Source of the DNA: Chiloscyllium plagiosum
Lineage: Eukaryota
Reading direction: 5' to 3'
Assembly: GCF_004010195.1 (NCBI RefSeq)
Contig: NC_057742.1
Location: forward strand, 19,385,161-19,449,160
Length of the DNA stretch: 64,000 nucleotides
Shown here: one piece after another, positions 51,691 to 62,600 of the stretch
How positions within the stretch are numbered: position 1 is the stretch's first letter
How the letters are laid out: each line of letters starts with the position of its first letter
The notes under the pieces: model-generated
Told to the model about the DNA's origin: nothing
Databases searched by the model: none
Seen by the model: only the letters and a program-made list of their open reading frames with translations
Position numbers and translations under genes: made by a program

Positions 51691-52829
51691 CATTTTAGTT
51701 AATTTTAGGTATAAAGAAATGCTACAAATTCTCAAGTAAGCAAGTTCACTCATGGGAAAAGGTGGACAGACTGAGATTGTTTTCACTGTAGCTGAAAAGA
51801 ATGATGGGCGACTTGATTGAATATCCTCAATGGTCTTCTTGACAAGGTGGACACAAAAATTATGCTTCCTCTTGTAGGTGAATCCAGAACTAGGGGACCT
51901 TGTTTTAAAATTAAGGGCTGCCATTTTAGGTCAAAGATGAGGAGGATTTCTTTTCTCAGAGTATCTTGTGACTTAGGAACTCTCTGCCTCAGAAGGCAGT
52001 GAAGACAGGATTATTGAGTATCTTTAAGATGGACATCGCTAGATTCTTGCTGGACAAGGACATCAGGAGTGAGTTATTGAGGTATTTGGAATGTAAAACT
52101 TGAAATACTGGCAAATCAATGGTGATCGTACTGAACGTCAGAACAGGTTAAAAAGCCAAATGGGCTCACAAATAGTATAAAAGGAACAAATCCAGGAGGA
52201 CAAACTGTCACCAACTCAGTGCCAAGAGCATTAGTGGCAAACACAGCTCTGTGGACCCTGTAAAGTCCTCTTTACTAATACCTGGGGTGTCTTCCAAAAT
52301 TGGGAGAGCTGTCAAAAACTAACATTGCCTGTAATATACGATTGCTTAAGAATGATTATGCTCAAGATATCCCAATACCAGTCCCTTGATAAATCCTGTA
52401 TTATCAGTAGGCAGATCCAGCTGTTGGAAAACAGTGTTATATTGTTAGGAGGGAGCTGCCCTGAGAGACCTCAAAAATGTTTCTGAGAAGGAATGTCTTT
52501 AGCTGTGGAAGGGGTAGTATCACGATGGGGCAGGACGGATCCTGGAACTGTCATCTCTTCAAAGGCCGAAGTCAGGAGGCAGAGATTAGAGCCGGGGGGT
52601 CTGAGCGAATGCCAAGAATTGCTGTCTGACAGTGGATCTCAGGAGGAGGCTTTTTCTTTTACGATCCTGATCAGCAAGTTTTAAATTCCACGAGTTAAGT
52701 GATGGATTTAAAAATCTAAAACTGTAGGTAAGGGAAGAAGAGACTTTAAAAGATTGTATTTAGACCTGTTTCTTGCAGGCCTTATAACATAAAAGATAGG
52801 CATTAAGTTCTCCCAGCACCAAGCACGAG

Positions 52830-55035
52830 TAGCAAGAACATGCAAATGCTGGGATTTGAGGCAAGTTTACATTTGCAAACTGTTGAAAGGACAAAGATGG
52901 CAGTCACTGGAGTGGTATGCTGTCATAGGAGAGAAATCAGGGAACAGTCGACTGCCCCAGAGACGACGTATGGGTTTGGATGCTCGTCAAATCAGACCAT
53001 TTGGACTGGCTGCAGAGCCAGTTAGAGTCACTGAGGAGCATACAGGAGGCACAGAGTGTGATGGATAGTAGCTTCAGAGAAGTGGTCAGACTACAGGTAC
53101 AGTCAGGTGACTTAGGAAGACTCAAATGCGCAATTGTGATAGGGGACTCTCCAATCAGGGGCATAGGCAGATGATTCTGTAACTGTGTGCAAAACTTCAG
53201 GATGGTGCGTTGTCTCCTTGGGGCCAGGGTGAAGGACATCTTGGAGCGGTTGCAGCAGTTGAGAAAGACCCTTTATCCCCACTCTCTGCTTTCTGCCAGA
53301 TTGCCACGCTTCTATCCATGCTAATACCTTGCCTCTAACACCATGGGTCCTTATCTTATTCAGGAGCCTCCTGTGCCACACCTTGTCAAAGGCATTACTG
53401 CAGTCCACGTGGATAACATCCATGGCCCTACTTGGTCTAACCTGCTCGTTACTTCCTAAAAAGAATTCTACTGGCAGATTTGTCTGGCACGACACCCGTC
53501 CCCCACCCCCCCACCCTAGATGAAACCATGCTGACTTTGCCCTAGTTTATCAAACACTTACAAGTATTCAGAAGTCTCATCCTTCACAATGGACTCAAAT
53601 CTTACCCACAACCGAGGTTAGGCAAATCAGCCTGTAATTTTCTGCCTTTTCCCTTACTCCCTTTTTAAACACATGTGTCACGTTAACGATTTTCTAGTCT
53701 TCTGGGACCTTTCCTGACTCTAGTAGTGATCTTTCAGGAATTACTAATGTCTCCACTATCTTTTCAGCTATCTTCTTTAGAACTCTGGGGTGTAATCCAT
53801 CTGGTCCAGGTGATCCATCCACCTTCAGGATGTTCAGTTTTACTAGCACCTTCTCCTTGGTGATGGCCACCATATTCAGCTCTGCTCCCGAAACTCTTGA
53901 ATGTTTGGGATATCACCTGTTAATGCTTGCTATTGTTACTCAGGTAGCCTTACACTAGAATGGTTGGGGGCAGAATTCTAAGCAGTAGTGAAAGAGAGAG
54001 AATTTTGAGGTAAGTTAATGGGAGCAGGTTAAATAGTTAAGAAAGGCAAGAATACAGCAGAGAACAAGGCAAAAACTAGAAGAATTAAAATGTATTTATT
54101 TATTTCAATACAAGAGGCGTGACAAGTAAGGCAGATGAACTCAGGGGATAGATGGGAACATGGAACTGGGATATCACAGCTATTTCAGAACTATGGTTGA
54201 GGGAGTGACAGGACTGGCACCTCAACCTTCCAGGGTATAGATGCTATAGGAAGGACAGAAAGGGAGGCAAGAGTGAAGGGGGAATTGGCATTTCTGAGTA
54301 GGGAAAACATAACAGTCTCCACTGAGAGGGGATATTCCTGAGAGATCATCCGGTGAAGCTACGTGGGTGGAACTGAGAAATAAGGGAATGATCACCTTGA
54401 GGGGATAGGCTCTCGGACAGTCACTCGGAAACTGAGGAGTAAATAAATAGGGATGTCTCAGATATCGGTCAGAATAACAGGGCTGTAATAGTGGGTGATT
54501 TTAACTTTCCAAACATAGTCTGGATCCTGCCATAGTATTAAAGGCTTGATGGGGAAGAATTAGTGTTCATGAAAACGATCTTTCTTTATCAATATGTAGA
54601 TATACCTACTGGTGAGGGAGGAAAACTCTACCTTCTCTTGGGAAATAAGACAGCGCAAGTGACTGAGGTGTTAGTGGCAGAGCACTTTGGGACAAGTGAC
54701 CATAATTCCATTAGTTTTAAAATAGTTATGGAAAAGGATAGTCCGAGTATAAAAAGTTTAAGTTCTAAGCAGGGTATTAGACAGGAACTTTTAAAAGTTG
54801 ATCAGAGTAGGTTGCTCACAGGTAAAGAGATGACTGTAAGGTGGAATGTTTACAAAGGTGAGATAACAAAGTTCAGAGACAGTATGTTCCTGTTAGAATG
54901 AAGGGCAAGGCTGGAATAAGAAAGAGAACAGTGGATGACTAAACATATTGAGGCTCTGGTCAAGAAATAAAAAGGGGGTATATGTCAGGTATAGACAGTT
55001 AAGATCAAGTGAATCCCTTGAGGAGTATAGAGATC
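52830..55035 (+). mobile_element. CR1 LINE 5'/middle fragment (ORF1 esterase and ORF2 APE endonuclease remnants) with an antisense CR1 RT fragment (about 53265-53910) nested in it
   Basis: AIVIGDSPIRG (GDS esterase motif); GDFNFPNI, LYLLLGN and SDHN (APE motifs); minus-strand AFDKVWHRRLL..GVRGKVLAWI (RT). Confidence 0.8.
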
Positions 55036-55207
55036 CCACAGTCACTAACTCTCCACTATAGTTCAAGATGCAAGAGTCGGGTGGTTATGAAAGGAAAAGG
55101 AGAATAAAATACAGAAACATTTGTACAAGTATCATAAAATCACAAGCCTATTGACAAGAACAAAAAATCAACTTCAAGATCTTTTAAAACACAAATAAAC
55201 GCCATTA

Positions 55208-55550
55208 ATAGAGTCATAGAGATATATAGCACAGAAACAGACTCTTCAGTCCAATTCATCCATGCTGACCAGATATCCTAATTTAATCTAGTCCCATTTG
55301 CGAGCACTTGGCCCATATCCCTCTAAACCCTTCCTATTCATATATCCATTCAGATGCCTTTTAAATGTTTTAATTATACCAGTTTCCACCACTACCTCTG
55401 GCAGCTCATTCCATACACACCACCCCTTGCTTGAAAAAAAAATTTCCCCTTAGGTCACTTTCAAATTTTTCCCCTCTCACCCTAAACCTTGTCCCTCTGG
55501 TTCTGGACGCCCCCACCCCAGGGCAAAGACCTTGTCTATTTGCCTTATAT
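55208..55550 (-). mobile_element. HER1/CR1 3' fragment
   Basis: Homologous to 59505-60230 but without the two PLE insertions. Confidence 0.85.
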
Positions 55551-56057
55551 GCACCAAAACAGAATCCGCTCCTTGCTCACGCATAAAATTTGAAATTAAA
55601 ATAATTTCAATGTAAACCGCATTCTGATTCAAACAAATTGTTTCACAAAAGTGTATCACTTTGAGTGGATAGATTATCACCGAGTTCAGAATTGCACTGC
55701 TCTGTACAATAATGATATAGCAGCTAAATGTACTTTTAAGGCAAATGCACACTTTGGCATATAATATATTCCTGTTACCCAGGTCTGTGAACACCAAAAC
55801 CACCTTGGGCAAGGGTTACAATAAGGATACAATCCTAGTGTTGTGCTAAGTTAATGTAAGTAGCCCCTAGTCTGAACAGTCCCACAAATTACAGCCTTGA
55901 ATCATCTTGCGAATAAAGAGTTAAGGAGCAAAATGAAACTTTACAGCTATAAACTACAGATCATTATTCACACATTAAGATAGGTGTCAGGATTAAATTA
56001 GAATGTAAAAACTGCTAAGGACCAGCCACTATAAAGTCGTGCAAAAGCCAAAACGTA

Positions 56058-56275
56058 CAGTTGGTTCTGCTATAACGCGAGTTTCTTCAACTCGAATTGG
56101 CTAGAATGCGGTTGAAGAATATAGACCATTATTTGTAGAATGTCAGCGTTTCTTATCAATATGTGGTATAATGTGTTCCCAGACCATTAGTTTAAGTGGC
56201 GCTGCTATTATGCAATTTTCTTATAACACGGGATTGCAAAGGATCAGAACTAACATGTTATATCAGAACTGACTG
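56058..56275. mobile_element. Tc1/mariner-pogo (Tigger-like) MITE
   Basis: TA flanks at 56056-56057 and 56276-56277. Imperfect TIRs CAGTTGGTTCTGCTATAAC / GTTATATCAGAACTGACTG. Confidence 0.75.
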
Positions 56276-56340
56276 TACTTGGAGCAGGATTTTACATTTA
56301 ACTAGATCCCACAGAACATCAACTATTTTGTTTCTCTTAC

Positions 56341-56521
56341 CTTCAGCCAGTCCCCATAATGGACTTGTTCTCCAATGTATGACGCATATGTACTAACAGC
56401 CAATTGGAGGGCAGCCCCCAAAGCAAACCACCTCCTCTTCACTCCAAAAGACATGAAACTGGCACAAATCACTGCGGCACCCATATCAAAATAGAGGTAT
56501 GGCACTGGAATATCCGGCTTC
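56341..56521 (-). CDS. TMEM101: TMEM101 exon 2 (KPDIPVPYLYFDMGAAV...VHYGDWLK)
   Basis: Acceptor ctttag|G, donor AAG|gtaaga, 181 nt. Confidence 0.96.
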
Positions 56522-57854
56522 CTAAAGAGATGGCACAAGGCTATCACTTTCAGTGGAAAACCAGTAAACGTATACACAGATTAGTTGATTACAACGTAAT
56601 TCTTGAAATCCTTTGCAGGAATTTTTTTAAAAATCAATTACTTGAACATCCTTGGAAAAACACATTTATAGATTGAAATTTATTCTGGCAAATATCAAAC
56701 TAGTACTAAGTATACTTGTTAAAAACTACAACTCTTGGAGACCTTAGGTAGCAAAGGAATAATAAACCTCATTTATTAACCTTGAAAGTGCAATGCAAAC
56801 CAATCTCAGATGATGGCCAGGAATGAGGCAAAATAATCTTAATGTCAGAACCTAGCAGCCAGCTTCTCCATATTAAGTAGATGATATCAAAATTTCTGTG
56901 CTCCTGGAAGCCAGTTGTAAGCAATCTATTTCTAACTCAGTGTAATGAGAAAGTATTATCTCAGTCTTGTTCTTCTGAGGATTGAGACAAGCTCTCCCCC
57001 AATGGAATTTGCTATTCTTGTGCAGCTGCTGCACAAGCTACGAATAGTTGACCTAAACAAAAATGAAGAGGCATTTTACATTCAATAATTTAAGCTGCGG
57101 CCAATGTTTAGAAAATTATATTGCAAAATGTCAAGAACAATATTAAATTAATATCTTTCAGCTTGCTAACCTTATCCATTGCCCATTAAGAAATATGGTA
57201 GCTTCCCAATAAATCTCAATTTTTCATAACTAGAATATCTATTTTGCAGACTTTCATAATTTTGACTTCTTTCATAATTTCGATTTCTTTCACAATTGGT
57301 CTGAGTCATGAGGAGCTACAATTCCATAAATACTGACAGGTCCAATCACAAAAGTAATAATTCCTTACACAAGTAATAATTCTTCACACAAGACTACTAT
57401 AATAGGGTGTTAGTAGATAATAAATGGTATCTATTGTCAGAAAGCATTAGCATAAAGAAACCTTCTAGCAAAAACCAATAAAAGACAAAAGAAAAGCAGG
57501 AACCTCAGTTAATCTTTCCCCCCCACAAAGGACATTTTCACCCTTTCTATCTCTCCACTCAAGTTAACTAATTCATTGTAAACTAGCAACAACATTCTGG
57601 TCATTTTAGTTAACATACACATACTTTCAAATGAGTATTAATTTTTTTCAGCAAGATCCTGCATTTATCAAGCCCCTTGACACAAACATTGCCAGGCCTT
57701 TCACAGCTGTGTTATCCAAAACAATTTAGCAGCAAGCAACATTATATATGAACACAGATCTTCATAGCTTCCAGTTGCCATGATAGTAAAATATTTTGAA
57801 GCAAACTGATGGCAATTTTTTTGAAAAATCTTTTAGGTTGAATGGAGGTTGTTG

Positions 57855-57889
57855 AACAAACAAACAAACAAACAAACAAACAAACAAAC
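57855..57889. repeat. (AAAC)n microsatellite
   Basis: About 8 tetramer units, directly visible. Confidence 0.95.
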
Positions 57890-58219
57890 TCAACTTTTGC
57901 AGAAACTTCCTGTTCCTTGGTGTTGTTTGAAACAGAGAATGCCATGCTCCCCAAGCAATTTCTGACAAAGGGCCATCAAGCTTAGGCGTTACTTTAGTCC
58001 TGCTGCTGAGCAATTTTCAGCATCCATAATATTACGCTTTTGCCTCCAGTGGTTTATTTCTTCAAAGCGAAATAAAACGTCCATTTATATGGCGCCGTGC
58101 TACTCCACTGGCTGTCTGAAAGTGTTTTAGAGGCAATGAAGTACTTGGGAGGTATAGGCACTGTTGTAAAGCAGGAAACAGGGCAAATAATGCACACAAA
58201 CTTTATAAATATCCAACGA

Positions 58220-58760
58220 AGTGATAACGACCAGATAGCGCTTTGGGGATGTTGACGGACAAAATAGTGCCACGAAATGCTTTCCAGCGGATGGGGCCCT
58301 CAGTCAAACGGCATCTGCGACAGTGCAGCACTGCACCCGGAGGGCCAGCCTCCGATGGGACTTGGACCACAGGTACACCTCTTCTAGCGCGCTTTAAAAC
58401 AAGTGTGACCTCCCGGTGAAGAGTCTTAATGAAACGGGACCGGGTGATGGACAAGCCGCTGTTTATTTTAGCCTCAGGGGCTCCCGCGGCTTTGTCCTCA
58501 GGCCCCTCGCCCCCCTCCTACTCACACTCACACTCACCTGCGCTGGTCGGCCCGCTCCGCGAACAGCATCAACATGCTGAAGCAGTTCCAGAACGGGAAG
58601 CGGGTCAGGATGATGGCGCCGAAGCGCATGAGGATTTTAAAGAGCCGCCTGCGAACCTCCAGCGCCATTACTTCCCGGCCCGGCCCGTCCACTAAACAGT
58701 TCCGGCTGGAAACCCGGCTCCTGGAGACAGGTTCCCACTCCCTCCCAGACCGCGCAGTCC
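58220..58760 (-). promoter_or_regulatory. CpG-rich promoter / exon 1 island of TMEM101
   Basis: Clearest CpG-dense stretch in the window, centred on exon 1. ETS-like CCGGAA on the - strand at about 58700-58705. YY1-like ATGGCG overlaps the start codon. No evident TATA box. Confidence 0.7.
58538..58668 (-). CDS. TMEM101: TMEM101 exon 1 (MALEVRRRLFKILMRFGAIILTRFPFWNCFSMLMLFAERADQR); absent from the ORF track
   Basis: ATG at 58668 in gtaATGG context, donor AG|gtgagt. LTRxPFWxCFSxLMLxAERA motif. Confidence 0.93.
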
Positions 58761-59552
58761 CCTTGCTCCTGAGACAGAATCCTCAACTTTTAAATATTCT
58801 AGACTCACTGACTAAATCTTGCATAATTTATTTTTCAATATAACCCGTGTATGTTACCATTTTAAAATAAATAAACCCAGGTTGTGATCAGTCTTTCTGG
58901 CTATTAGTTCCCTCATCACAGAAGCTTCAATTTGATTTAACGCTCTTTCAACCTACAAACTACTGAGATCACAAATTAAATAGCGACATTAGATTTACAG
59001 AAAGTGTTCAACAATGTAACTCACAAAAGGTTGAATTGTAAAATAAGAGCCCCCAGTGTTAGAAGTTATATATTGGCATGGATAAAGAATTAGCTCATGG
59101 GCAGGAAGCAGCCAGTGGGGATAAGTGGTTCTTTTTCAGGTTGGCAAACTGTGACTAGTTAAATTCCAAAGGGATCAATGCTGGGACTGCAAATTTGAAA
59201 TATGTTAAAGACTTAGAAGAAGAAAGCAAATGTGTAGCACAAAATCACATGAGAGAACTCAATGGAGATCATGGAGTGAAACCCTCCATGGAATTCCCTC
59301 AAATAGTCACTTAGCTAATTTTTGGTCAAATTCAATCCTGTATTTTCTACAAAACAAAATCTCCCTTTTTCCAGGCTTACCTTCAAAACAAACCATGTCT
59401 GAACTCACCTTAAGGACATACAAAGCCTATTTATTTCCTTTTTTCAATGAGATAATTTGAAGAGATGGTTGAAATAATAGAGAGATCATGCAAATACAAT
59501 AGTAGAATCATAGAAATGTATAGCACGGAAACAGACCCTTCAGTCCAACTCG

Positions 59553-59710
59553 GGGAGAAAGTGAGGACTGCAGATGCTGGAGATCAGAGCTGAAAATGTG
59601 TTGCTGGAAAAGCGCAGCAGGTCAGGCAGCACCAAGGAACGGGAGAATCGATTCTCCTGTTCCTTGGATGCTGCTTGACCTGCTGCACTTTTCCAGCAAA
59701 ACATTTTCAG
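59553..59710. mobile_element. Fold-back Penelope-like element (family A) lacking the hammerhead core, 17-bp TSD
   Basis: TSD cccttcagtccaactcg at 59536-59552 and 59711-59727. Palindrome centre GGAGAATC|GATTCTCC. Confidence 0.88.
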
Positions 59711-59838
59711 CCCTTCAGTCCAACTCGTCTATGTTGACCAGATGTCCTAAACTAATCTAGTCCCATTTGCCAGCACTTAGCCCATATCCATCTAAACCCT
59801 TCCTATTCATATATTCATTCAGATGTCTTTTAAATGTT

Positions 59839-60036
59839 AAAAATCACACAACACCAGGTTATAGTCCAACATGTTTATTTGGAAGCATTAGCTTTCGAAG
59901 TGCTGCTCCTTCATCAGGTGGTTGTCCTAATGAACCAAAAGCAAGTGCTTCCAAATAAACCTGTCGGACTGTAACCTGGTGTTGTGATTTTTAACTTTAT
60001 ACACCCCCGTCCAATACCGGCATCTCCAAATCATGA
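59839..60036. mobile_element. Fold-back Penelope-like element (family B), hammerhead core 59882-59917 (-), 12-bp TSD
   Basis: TSD cttttaaatgtt at 59827-59838 and 60037-60048. The - strand reads CTGATGA-A-GGAGCAGCACTTC-GAAAGC-TAAT-GCTTC. Confidence 0.85.
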
Positions 60037-60894
60037 CTTTTAAATGTTGTAATTATACCAGCCTCCACCATTTCCACTGGCAACACATTCCATACACGCA
60101 CCACCCTCAGTGAAAAAGTTGCCCCTTAGGTCCCTTCTATATCTTTCCCCTCTCAGCCTAAACCTATGCCCTCTAGTTCTGGACTCCCACACCCCAGGAA
60201 AAAGACCTTGTCTATTTAGTCTATCCATGCCCCACATGATTTTATAAACCTCTATAAGGTCAGCCTCCAATGCTTCAGTGAAAACAGCCTCAGACTATTC
60301 AGCCTCTCCCAATAATTCAAACCCTCCAACCCTGGCAACATCCTTGTAAATCTTTTCTAATCCCTTTCAGGTTTCACAACATCCTTCCTGTAGCAGGGAG
60401 ACCAGAATTGCACACGTTATGCTAAAAGTGGTCGAACCAATGTCCTGTACAGCCGCAACATGACCTCCCAATTCCTATACAATGCTCGGACCAATAAAGG
60501 AAGGTGTACCAAACACCTTCTACACTATCCTATCTATCTGTGACTCCACCTTCAAGGAACTATGAACCTGCACTCCAAGGTCTCTTTGGTCAGCAACACT
60601 CCCTCGGACCTTGCCATTAAGTGTATAAGTCCTGCCCTGATTTGCCGAATCAGACTTAAATTAACCTCAGGTCCAATTTAGCGCAATTCCTTCTTTTCAT
60701 GGAATATTAGGGTCACAAAGCAAGGCCAGCATGTGCTATCTTTGAGAAGATGGTGAGCTGCCTTCTTGAATTTCTGCAGTCCACCGGTTGTAGTTACACC
60801 CACAGTATTGTTAGAAAGAGAATTCCAAATTTTTGACCCAGCAACATTGAAGGAATGATATAGCATTATTGTTCCAAGTCAGAAACATGTGTGG

Positions 60895-61503
60895 TAAAAA
60901 CAATGACTGCAGATGCTGGAAACCAGATTCTGGATTAGTGGTGCTGGAAGAACACAGCAGTTCAGGCAGCATCCGAGGAGCAGTAAAATCAACGTTTCAG
61001 GCAAAAGCCCTTCATCAGGAATACAGGCAGAGAGCATGAAGGGTGGAGAGATAAGNNNNNNNNNNNNNNNNNNNNNNNNNNNNNNNNNNNNNNNNNNNNN
61101 NNNNNNNNNNNNNNNNNNNNNNNNNNNNNCACCAGACGCCTGGAGGAAGAACGCCTCATCTTCCGCCTCGGAACACTTCAACCCCAGGGCATCAATGTGG
61201 ACTTCACCAGTTCTCTCATTTCCCCTTCCCCCACCTCACCCCAGTTCCAACCTTCCAGCTCAGCACTGTCCCCATGACCTGTCCTCCCTGCCTATCTTCT
61301 TTTCCACCTATCCACTTCCCCCTCCCCCACTCACTTATTGTACTCTATGCTACTTTCTCCCCACCCCCACCTTCCTCTCACTTATCTCTCCACCCTTCAG
61401 GCTCTCTGCCTGTATTCCTGATGAAGGACTTTTGCCCGAAACGTCGATTTTACTGCTCCTCCGATGCTGCCTGAACTGCTGTGCTCTTCCAGCACCACTA
61501 ATC
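60895..61503. mobile_element. Penelope-like element with inverted termini, GIY-YIG ORF end and two hammerhead cores, spanning an assembly gap; 15-bp TSD
   Basis: TSD cagaaacatgtgtgg at 60880-60894 and 61504-61518. TRRLEEERLIFRLGTLQPQGINVDF from 61131. Cores at 60991-61018 (-) and 61418-61445 (+). Confidence 0.88.
61056..61129. other. Assembly gap (74 N)
   Basis: Run of N. Confidence 1.
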
Positions 61504-62562
61504 CAGAAACATGTGTGGCCTAGAGAGGAACTTGTGGGTACTGGCAATTCAGTGCATCTGCTGATCTTATCATTTAGTTGTGGTTTTAGATCGTGCTGTT
61601 TAAGGAGGTCTGCAATGATTGACAAGGAATACCTTACGTAAAAGAAAGCAGGCTGCTAAGTATTTAATCATCAGAACTTTGCACCAAACGTCAGTTTACC
61701 AGTGAGTAACATCTTGGGGTTCAATTAAACTTCAAAATTTGTAAGGAATCTAAAATGAGAGAAGGAAGACAGCAGGGATTTAGGAACACCAGATTTTATT
61801 CATCAGACTTGATGGGGTTTGAAATGATATCATTTTCAAGGAAAATATTATGTGCTAGATTTTGAAATTACATTGCAAATGTTAACAAATAAAGAATACA
61901 AATTTGCTATTATGGTGTCTGATATTTATTCACCTGCCCTTACACACAATGTTTTAAAACCTTCATAATCAGCTCCTGCTTTCAGGAACTTGCCTTCTGT
62001 TGCAGTGACAAAAATGAGCCATGTGTGAAATGAGCGATTAGGGTAAGCAACTGACTTCCACTTCTGTCAGATTGAAGTTCAAACTAATGGGAACTGACAA
62101 AAAAAAATTATAATGGTGAATTAGGCTAGATTTTGCAGTCAGTTGTGAAGGAATAGCCATTCATCATACAGATAACTGTCAGAGATAAATCACAAACTTC
62201 TAAGCAGCAACTTAGTGCCTAGAAATCATGTGTAGTCAGGGCAAACAACAGTGTCTCTTTAACCAATCAGATTGAAGAATCTTCACTGTGACCCAAGTGT
62301 GTAAATCTAGAAGTATTTATGAGAATGTTCATTTCATTGTAAAATATGCAAATAAATATATTTTAAAAAACAGAAGGCAAGAAAGATGGCATAAGGAGAG
62401 AGAGAGAAAAAAATTAAGACAGTGGGGGAAAAATGTTTTTTAAAAAACTGTCCATTAATGTTTAAATTCTGAAAGGCTGAGAGTCCATATTTGTAATAAT
62501 TAATATTCACTGCTCAAGAGGCTTAACCTACAGTAATTAAAACTTATGATATCCCTCAAAGG

Positions 62563-62600
62563 GCACTTAGTCCAAAATGTGCACTTAGTCCAAAATGTGC
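62563..62600. repeat. 18-bp tandem duplication (gcacttagtccaaaatgt x2)
   Basis: Exact direct repeat. Confidence 0.9.

Larger units (their letters stand above)
49060..58668 (-). other. TMEM101: TMEM101 gene span, 4 coding exons, 255 aa
   Basis: 131+181+147+309 = 768 nt in frame. The translation closely matches TMEM101 as I recall it, and the gene is convergent with NAGS as in human. Confidence 0.96.
59505..60647 (-). mobile_element. HER1/CR1 LINE 3' fragment with two nested PLE insertions
   Basis: ORF 60040-60270 ADLIEVYKIMWGMDR...RTRGHRFRLRG...GNFFT. Confidence 0.88.

Noticed and set aside
57250-57392. 18-bp and 19-bp short tandem repeats (CRISPR-like at a glance)
   Set aside because: Only 2-3 adjacent degenerate units with no unique spacers, in a eukaryotic intron. 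These are ordinary slippage duplications.
58203-58843. GC-rich ORFs around TMEM101 exon 1
   Set aside because: These are antisense or alternative-frame shadows of exon 1 and the CpG island.
60913-61641. 242-aa ORF, the longest in the track
   Set aside because: It runs through the N gap and the inverted PLE arms. The meaningful frame is a different one (LIFRLGTLQP).
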